The notes beneath the pieces are model-generated. The model was not told where the DNA came from and made no database searches. It saw only the letters and a list, made by a program, of their open reading frames with translations. 64,000 bases of DNA from a virus, in the IMG/VR virus record IMGVR_UViG_3300020371_000004, positions 19,362-83,361 of that record. One strand, given 5' to 3'. The position numbers and the translations under genes were made by a program. Positions 58,349 through 64,000 of the stretch are shown here, one piece after another; the first letter of the stretch is position 1; each line of letters begins with the position of its first letter.

Positions 58349-58521
58349 ATCCTGATGACATAACACTTGATTCCCTTTCTAAGACGTTTGAATACGAGAA
58401 ACAAGTTCGAGAAATCGAGGACTGTGATGATATTAAGACAATCAAAAATATTTGTAAAGCATATATTAAGTTATATCTAAAACAGCAAGAAACAGTTGCT
58501 GCAATTGGTTTAATGAGTTAA
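58345..58521 (+). CDS. 58-aa NblA-like protein (not in the ORF track)
   Basis: Hand translation: MNPDDITLDSLSKTFEYEKQVREIEDCDDIKTIKNICKAYIKLYLKQQETVAAIGLMS. GGAG SD at 58331-34, ATGA coupling to the upstream stop, and it fills the gap to gp17. The ORF is well supported; the NblA call is by pattern only. Confidence 0.6.
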   Translation: MNPDDITLDSLSKTFEYEKQVREIEDCDDIKTIKNICKAYIKLYLKQQETVAAIGLMS

Positions 58522-58531
58522 AAATTTTTTC

Positions 58532-60181
58532 ATGGCTGACAAACATTATAAGGGCAATCCTAATCTCAAAGCAGAGAATGTCCAGGTTGAATTTACTGAA
58601 GAGCAAATTTCTGAGTATCTAAAATGCAAAGAAGATCCAGTTTATTTTGCACTTAAGTATATACGTATCGTTTCTCTGGACGAGGGTTTGATTCCCTTTG
58701 ACATGTATGACTTCCAGAAAGATTTAATTAAAAATTTCCACGAACAACGTTTTAATATTGCGAAACTACCCCGTCAGACTGGAAAGTCTACAACTGTGGT
58801 TTCGTATCTGCTTCATTATGCGTTGTTCAATGACAATATTAGGATTGCAATCCTAGCAAACAAAGCAGAGACTGCAAGGGAACTGTTGCAGAGATTGCAA
58901 CTTTCTTATGAAAATTTACCCAAGTGGTTACAGCAAGGTGTTGGATCTTGGAACAAAGGTTCTCTAGAACTTGAGAATGGTTCCAAGATTGTTGCTGCAT
59001 CTACATCTAGTTCTGCTGTCCGAGGTAATTCATTTAACATTATTTTCTTGGACGAATTTGCGTTCATTCCAAACCACATTGCAGAGCAGTTCTTTAGTTC
59101 TGTATATCCAACGATTTCATCTGGTAAAACAACCAAGGTTATTATCATTTCTACCCCTAACGGGATGAACATGTTCTATAAACTTTGGCATGATGCTGAA
59201 CGTGGAAAGAATGATTATAAACCATTAGAAGTTCATTGGAGTGCAGTCCCTGGTAGGGATGCAAAATGGAAAGAAGAAACTATACGTAATACATCAGAGA
59301 GACAGTTTACCCAGGAATTTGAATGTGAGTTCTTAGGGTCTGTTGATACTCTTATTGCGCCTTCTAAACTCAGGTCGATGGTCTATAGTGATCCTATCCA
59401 AAGAAATAAAGGTCTTGATGTATATGAGGAACCGAAACCAGACCATCAATACTTAATGACAGTTGACGTTGCTAGAGGAACTGGAAAAGATTATTCTGCG
59501 TTTGTGATGTTTGATATCACAAGTTTCCCATATAAGATTGTAGCAAAATATAGAAATAATGAAATCAAACCAATGCTATTCCCAAATATTATTGATAGGG
59601 TAGGAAAGGCATATAACAAATCTTTTATTTTAGTTGAGGTTAATGATATTGGTGAACAGGTTTCTAGTATGCTCCAGTTTGATTTGGAGTATGATAACCT
59701 TCTAATGTGTGCTATGAGAGGTAGGGCAGGTCAGATGGTTGGTCAAGGATTTTCTGGTAAAAAATCCCAACTAGGAATCAAGATGTCTAAGACTGTAAAA
59801 CAAGTTGGATGCTCTAACTTAAAAACAGTTATTGAAGACGATAAGTTACTGATAAATGATTACGATATTATTAGTGAGTTGACAACGTTCATTCAAAAGA
59901 ATCAAACATTTGTAGCAGAAGATGGTTGTCATGATGACCTTGCTATGTGTCTTGTTATTTTTTCTTGGTTGATTGTTCAACCATACTTCAAAGAAATGAC
60001 GGATAATGATATCCGAAAGAGAATTTACGAGGACCAGAGAGATCAGATTGAACAAGACATGGCACCATTCGGATTCGTAAGTGATGGTTTATCTGATGAC
60101 AGTTCATTTGTAGATGCTGCTGGTGATAGATGGCATACTGATGAATATGGTGACCGTTCATATATGTGGGAGTATTATTGA
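58532..60181 (+). CDS. gp17: Terminase large subunit gp17
   Basis: YKGNPNLK, Walker A PRQTGKST, Walker B IIFLDEFAF, IISTPNG, QEFECEF, VDVARG...DYSAF, HDDLAM. Confidence 0.96.
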   Translation: MADKHYKGNPNLKAENVQVEFTEEQISEYLKCKEDPVYFALKYIRIVSLDEGLIPFDMYDFQKDLIKNFHEQRFNIAKLPRQTGKSTTVVSYLLHYALFNDNIRIAILANKAETARELLQRLQLSYENLPKWLQQGVGSWNKGSLELENGSKIVAASTSSSAVRGNSFNIIFLDEFAFIPNHIAEQFFSSVYPTISSGKTTKVIIISTPNGMNMFYKLWHDAERGKNDYKPLEVHWSAVPGRDAKWKEETIRNTSERQFTQEFECEFLGSVDTLIAPSKLRSMVYSDPIQRNKGLDVYEEPKPDHQYLMTVDVARGTGKDYSAFVMFDITSFPYKIVAKYRNNEIKPMLFPNIIDRVGKAYNKSFILVEVNDIGEQVSSMLQFDLEYDNLLMCAMRGRAGQMVGQGFSGKKSQLGIKMSKTVKQVGCSNLKTVIEDDKLLINDYDIISELTTFIQKNQTFVAEDGCHDDLAMCLVIFSWLIVQPYFKEMTDNDIRKRIYEDQRDQIEQDMAPFGFVSDGLSDDSSFVDAAGDRWHTDEYGDRSYMWEYY

Positions 60182-60405
60182 TGGACCTAGGTGATGATTT
60201 TTCTTTCTCTTTTCCTAAAGATAGGAAATGTAGAGTTTGTGGAAAAGTAAAAGACTTAGAAACTGAATTTTACAAAACTAGAAAAGGGAAAGGTAGTTCA
60301 TCTGGTGCCTACTCATATGAGTGTAAAGATTGCACAATTAAAAGAGTTTCAAGAAAAAGAAATAGAATAAAGTATTTTGCTGATAGTGACTATCCAGACT
60401 GGTAG
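60181..60405 (+). CDS. Small CxxC-CxxC zinc-finger protein
   Basis: ATG 60181 overlaps the gp17 TGA; RKCRVCG..K....FY...YSYECKDC; ends YPDW. Confidence 0.75.
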   Translation: MDLGDDFSFSFPKDRKCRVCGKVKDLETEFYKTRKGKGSSSGAYSYECKDCTIKRVSRKRNRIKYFADSDYPDW

Positions 60406-60443
60406 TTGTTTCCCCAGTTTCCCCACTAAAAAGAGTCTGATTT

Positions 60444-60450
60444 CTAAATA
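60444..60450 (+). promoter_or_regulatory. T4-like late promoter (CTAAATA)
   Basis: Upstream of the GAGG SD and gp18 ATG. Confidence 0.7.
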
Positions 60451-60488
60451 TTAGTAGACTAATATGAACTTCTTTAAGAGGGGACAAA

Positions 60489-62876
60489 ATGGCGTTAAAT
60501 TTAGTATCACCAGGAGTACAGATAAGAGAGGTTGACTTAACTGTTGGAGCAATTACTGCTGCTAACGATCAAGTCGGTGCTTTTGTCGCTCCTTTCGCAA
60601 AAGGTCCTGTAAACGAGCCAATTCTTGTTACAAACGAAGCAGAGCTTCTTGGAACTTTTGGAAAACCATCTGAAACTGATGGACAAAATGAGTACTGGTT
60701 GTCAGCATCCAATTACCTCTCTTACGGTGGTGTAATGAGAGTTGTAAGAGCAACAGGAGATACACTTAATAATGCAAACTCTGATGCACAATCATCTCTA
60801 CAAATCCTAAACGACGAAGATTACGAGACAAACCACAGAGCTGATACTGCATGGGAATATGCAGCAAGAACTCCTGGTTCCTGGGCAAACGATTTAAAAG
60901 TCTGCACCATTGATGGAATGGCAGACCAAATTATCACTGGAATTGGAACCACTGCTAGAACAGTAACAACATCTACTACTGTAGCAACCAAGACTGGTGA
61001 TGTTGGAATCACAACAAACTTAATCACTGGTATCACAACTTCTTCACTAACAGTTGCTGATATTGTTAGTAACGCAAATATTCCAGAAGGAACTACGATT
61101 TCATCTATCGGGGTATCGCAGATTATCCTTAGTGATAACTCAACCAACACTGGTTCATTAACAGCAGAAAGTTTTGTATTCTCTCAGGAATCAACAAGCA
61201 CTGTTGCTACAGATGTCCAAGTTGGATATGCAGTAACTCAAACATTGAATGCTAGTTACGCAGAAAACGGTGTAGTTAGAAACTTTGTAGGAGAAATCAG
61301 AGGAATTATTACTGGAATTGGTAATGAGGAAATCTACGTTAAGGTTGTAGATAGAACTAACTCATTTAATGGAGTTACTGAAGCAATTGAGTATAAGAAT
61401 CCAGGTCAGGGTGCAAATGCTAACTCCTTTGAAGTTGATGATGGTAACACTGTCAATATTGTAACTTCAGCAGGTATTGTTACAAATACTTTTGCTAACA
61501 CACAAGCAAAAGATTGGTATGATAATCAGACCTTAGGTCTTGATAATCAACTTATCTATTGGAAGTCTATCGCACCAAAACCAGGAACTTCTCAGTATGC
61601 TGAAGACAGAAGTGCTAAGAATGACCAACTTCATATTGTAGTTGTTGATGATACTGGTAAGGTAAGTGGTACTGCAGGTGCTATCCTAGAGAAGTATACA
61701 TTCCTCTCAAAGGCATCCGATGCAAGAATTAGCCCAACACAAGGCATCTATTATAAGGATTATCTAGCATCAAACTCAGATAATATCTTTGCTGGTGTTG
61801 CAAGAGCAACTACTGCTAGCAGTCTAACAGGAGTTACTGGAACTTCTACATTCACTGTAGATAATGGTGTATGGGGAACTGAAGCACAGGGTAAATCATT
61901 TAATGTTTCTGGAAATGAAACTTATAAGTTCACTAGTGGTGTTGATTATTCATCTGCCAATGGAATGGCACCTGAACTAGGTGATGTAGTTGCAGGTTAT
62001 GAAATCTTCAGAAACCCAGCAGAATATGATATTGATTATCTAATCATGGGTCCATCTGGTGGAACCAGCATCTTTGAATCGCAAGCAAAGGCAACTGCAC
62101 TGATGTCTATTGCTGACGAGAGAAAGGATTGTATGGCAGTAATTTCTCCACATAAGAGTGACATTGTTGCACAATCAAACACCAATACTCAAACTGATAA
62201 GGTTATTGAGTTCTTTGAACCACTTCCTTCTTCTTCCTATGCGGTATTTGATAGTGGTTACAAGTACACCTTCGATAGATTCAATAACAAGTTTGTTTAT
62301 CTAGCACTTAATAGTGATGTTGCTGGACTAATGGCAAGAACATCTGCTGATGATTTTGCTTGGTTCTCACCTGCAGGTGCTAATAGAGGAGCAATCAACA
62401 ATGCAGTTAAACTTGCATTCAATCCATCCAAAGCACAAAGAGACCTACTTTATTCCAAGAGAATCAATCCAGTGATTGCTTCCTCTGGTCAAGGTATTCT
62501 TCTTTTCGGTGATAAGACTGCTCTCGGATATGCTTCTGCATTCGATAGAATCAACGTCCGTAAACTGTTCCTAGCACTTGAATCTTCAATTGAGGGTGCA
62601 GCAAGAGCACAACTCTTTGAGTTTAATGATGCTACTACAAGAACAAACTTCATTAATATCGTCGAACCTTACCTAAGAGATGTCAAGGGTAAGAGAGGTA
62701 TCACAGAGTTCATTGTTGTCTGTGACGACACAAATAACACACCTGATGTTATTGATGCAAATCAGTTTAAGGCTGATATCTTTGTAAAACCAGCAAGATC
62801 GATTAACTTCATTGGTCTTACCTTCGTTGCTACCCGCACTGGTGTTAGCTTCTCCGAAGTCGTTGGCACTGTTTGA
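60489..62876 (+). CDS. gp18: Tail sheath protein gp18
   Basis: LVSPGV.IREVDLT, F.KGPV, AR.PG.W.N.L, WFSPAG.NRG, FGDKT....SAFDRINVRKLF, KPARSINFI.L.FVATRTG. Confidence 0.96.
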   Translation: MALNLVSPGVQIREVDLTVGAITAANDQVGAFVAPFAKGPVNEPILVTNEAELLGTFGKPSETDGQNEYWLSASNYLSYGGVMRVVRATGDTLNNANSDAQSSLQILNDEDYETNHRADTAWEYAARTPGSWANDLKVCTIDGMADQIITGIGTTARTVTTSTTVATKTGDVGITTNLITGITTSSLTVADIVSNANIPEGTTISSIGVSQIILSDNSTNTGSLTAESFVFSQESTSTVATDVQVGYAVTQTLNASYAENGVVRNFVGEIRGIITGIGNEEIYVKVVDRTNSFNGVTEAIEYKNPGQGANANSFEVDDGNTVNIVTSAGIVTNTFANTQAKDWYDNQTLGLDNQLIYWKSIAPKPGTSQYAEDRSAKNDQLHIVVVDDTGKVSGTAGAILEKYTFLSKASDARISPTQGIYYKDYLASNSDNIFAGVARATTASSLTGVTGTSTFTVDNGVWGTEAQGKSFNVSGNETYKFTSGVDYSSANGMAPELGDVVAGYEIFRNPAEYDIDYLIMGPSGGTSIFESQAKATALMSIADERKDCMAVISPHKSDIVAQSNTNTQTDKVIEFFEPLPSSSYAVFDSGYKYTFDRFNNKFVYLALNSDVAGLMARTSADDFAWFSPAGANRGAINNAVKLAFNPSKAQRDLLYSKRINPVIASSGQGILLFGDKTALGYASAFDRINVRKLFLALESSIEGAARAQLFEFNDATTRTNFINIVEPYLRDVKGKRGITEFIVVCDDTNNTPDVIDANQFKADIFVKPARSINFIGLTFVATRTGVSFSEVVGTV

Positions 62877-62912
62877 TTTATTATTGATTAAATATTAAGA
62901 GGAACCCAATCA

Positions 62913-63563
62913 ATGGCAAACGCAACTAACAACACCCCACGTTACAACACCAGAACACTCAGTGATTTCAAATCAAGACTAGTTGGTGGTGGTGCAAGAC
63001 CTAATCTCTTTGAGTGTGTTCTTGCATTCCCTCAAGGTCTTAGTACCGAAGTTCAAGTTGATGAAGACTTTACCTTTATGGTGAAGGCTGCTCAACTTCC
63101 AGCATCCAATGTCAACGTAATTGACATTCCTTTCAGAGGTAGAAACCTCAAAGTTGCTGGTGATAGAACCTTTGATCCATGGACAATTACTGTCATTAAT
63201 GACACCAACTTCAAACTCAGAAATGCGTTTGAAAGATGGATGAACTTCATCAACAGACATGATGACAATGCAGGTGTTATTACTCCTGCTGCTTATCAAA
63301 CTGAGATGGTAGTTCACCAACTTGGTAGAGGTAATGAAACAAATGGAACCAATGGTAAACTCCCAGATAACGGAGCACAAATTCCTGTCCTGAAGACTTA
63401 CAAATTCTTTGGAACTTTCCCAACAAATGTAAGTCCAATTGAACTTTCTTATGATGCAGCAGATTCCGTTGAGGAATTCACAGTTGACCTACAGGTTCAG
63501 TGGTGGGATGCTCTAGATCCAGAGTCTGGTTCTTCAATCCTTGGTACTTCAGAAACCACCTAA
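62913..63563 (+). CDS. gp19: Tail tube protein gp19
   Basis: FKS.L.GGGARPNLFE, KAAQLPAS, PFRGR.LKVAGDRTF.PWTITVIND, FPTNVS.I.LSY, EEFTV. Confidence 0.96.
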   Translation: MANATNNTPRYNTRTLSDFKSRLVGGGARPNLFECVLAFPQGLSTEVQVDEDFTFMVKAAQLPASNVNVIDIPFRGRNLKVAGDRTFDPWTITVINDTNFKLRNAFERWMNFINRHDDNAGVITPAAYQTEMVVHQLGRGNETNGTNGKLPDNGAQIPVLKTYKFFGTFPTNVSPIELSYDAADSVEEFTVDLQVQWWDALDPESGSSILGTSETT

Positions 63564-63566
63564 ATA
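63560..63566 (+). promoter_or_regulatory. T4-like late promoter (CTAAATA) containing the gp19 stop
   Basis: TAA 63561-63563 lies inside the motif; portal ATG at 63598. Confidence 0.65.
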
Positions 63567-63597
63567 CTAGGACAAGACAGTCCAGTATTTCGTAGAG

Positions 63598-64000
63598 ATG
63601 CCTAAATTATTTGGTTACAAGTTTGAGGAATCGGATGGTAAGAAGAACGATTCAGTTCTTTCCCCGATTCCTCAAAATGATGAGGATAAGTCTGATTTTT
63701 ACTTATCTAGTGGTTTTTATGGTCAATATGTAGATATTGAAGGTGTCTATAAAAACGAACAAGATTTAATTCGTAGATATAGAGAAATGGCACTACACCC
63801 CGAGTGTGATAGTGCCATTGAAGATATTGTAGATGAAGCAATCGTCTCAGACCTGAACGATTCACCAGTGGAAATCGAACTTTCTAATGTTCCTGGTTCG
63901 GATAAACTAAAGGAAAGTATTAGAGAAGAGTTCAAATACATTAAAGAAATCATGGACTTCGATAAGAAGGCTCATGAAATTTTTCGTAACTGGTATATTG
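63598..64000 (+). CDS. gp20: Portal vertex protein gp20, 3'-truncated by the window
   Basis: Hand translation: MPKLFGY...GFYGQYVDIEG...LIRRYREMALHPECDSAIEDIVDEAIV...HEIFRNWYI. Confidence 0.95.
   Translation, partial: MPKLFGYKFEESDGKKNDSVLSPIPQNDEDKSDFYLSSGFYGQYVDIEGVYKNEQDLIRRYREMALHPECDSAIEDIVDEAIVSDLNDSPVEIELSNVPGSDKLKESIREEFKYIKEIMDFDKKAHEIFRNWYI

Noticed and set aside
58532-60181. Intein or intron in the large terminase
   Set aside because: 549 aa with contiguous ATPase and nuclease motifs; no insertion evident.
60181-60405. Homing endonuclease
   Set aside because: Only a Zn-finger-like segment; no HNH, GIY-YIG or EndoVII catalytic region follows.
1-64000. tRNA, rRNA, integrase or transposase genes
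   Set aside because: Intergenic gaps are short and none shows a cloverleaf or T-loop by eye; no recombinase motifs in any ORF.

Overview
AT-rich segment of a T4-like (Kyanoviridae-type) cyanophage genome covering the virion structure region. Almost everything is on the + strand. Order: end of a gp7-like baseplate wedge gene, gp8 and a 2510-aa VrlC/DUF4815-like protein; then a ~42-kb accessory fibre island; then gp13, gp14, gp15, gp16, gp17, gp18, gp19 and the start of portal gp20. T4-type late promoters (C/A-TAAATA, TATAAATA) sit ahead of many genes. The island contains four notable parts. (i) Fibre genes alternate with three intact subtilisin (S8) protease paralogs. (ii) A 2373-aa nested-repeat protein with a reelin-like domain lies behind a consensus sigma70 promoter and a structured 5' leader. 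(iii) There are two 34-Cys Gly-rich paralogs. (iv) A late-promoter-driven sugar-modification cassette encodes a GT9 glycosyltransferase, two CmcH/NodU carbamoyltransferases, split HldE, a HAD phosphatase, a cupin and HldD; it may decorate the virion itself. Also found are an unlisted 58-aa NblA-like ORF, an internal head protein with a T4-like capsid targeting sequence, and a possible +1 frameshift joining the two HldE halves. All assignments come from motif recognition by eye; no searches were run.
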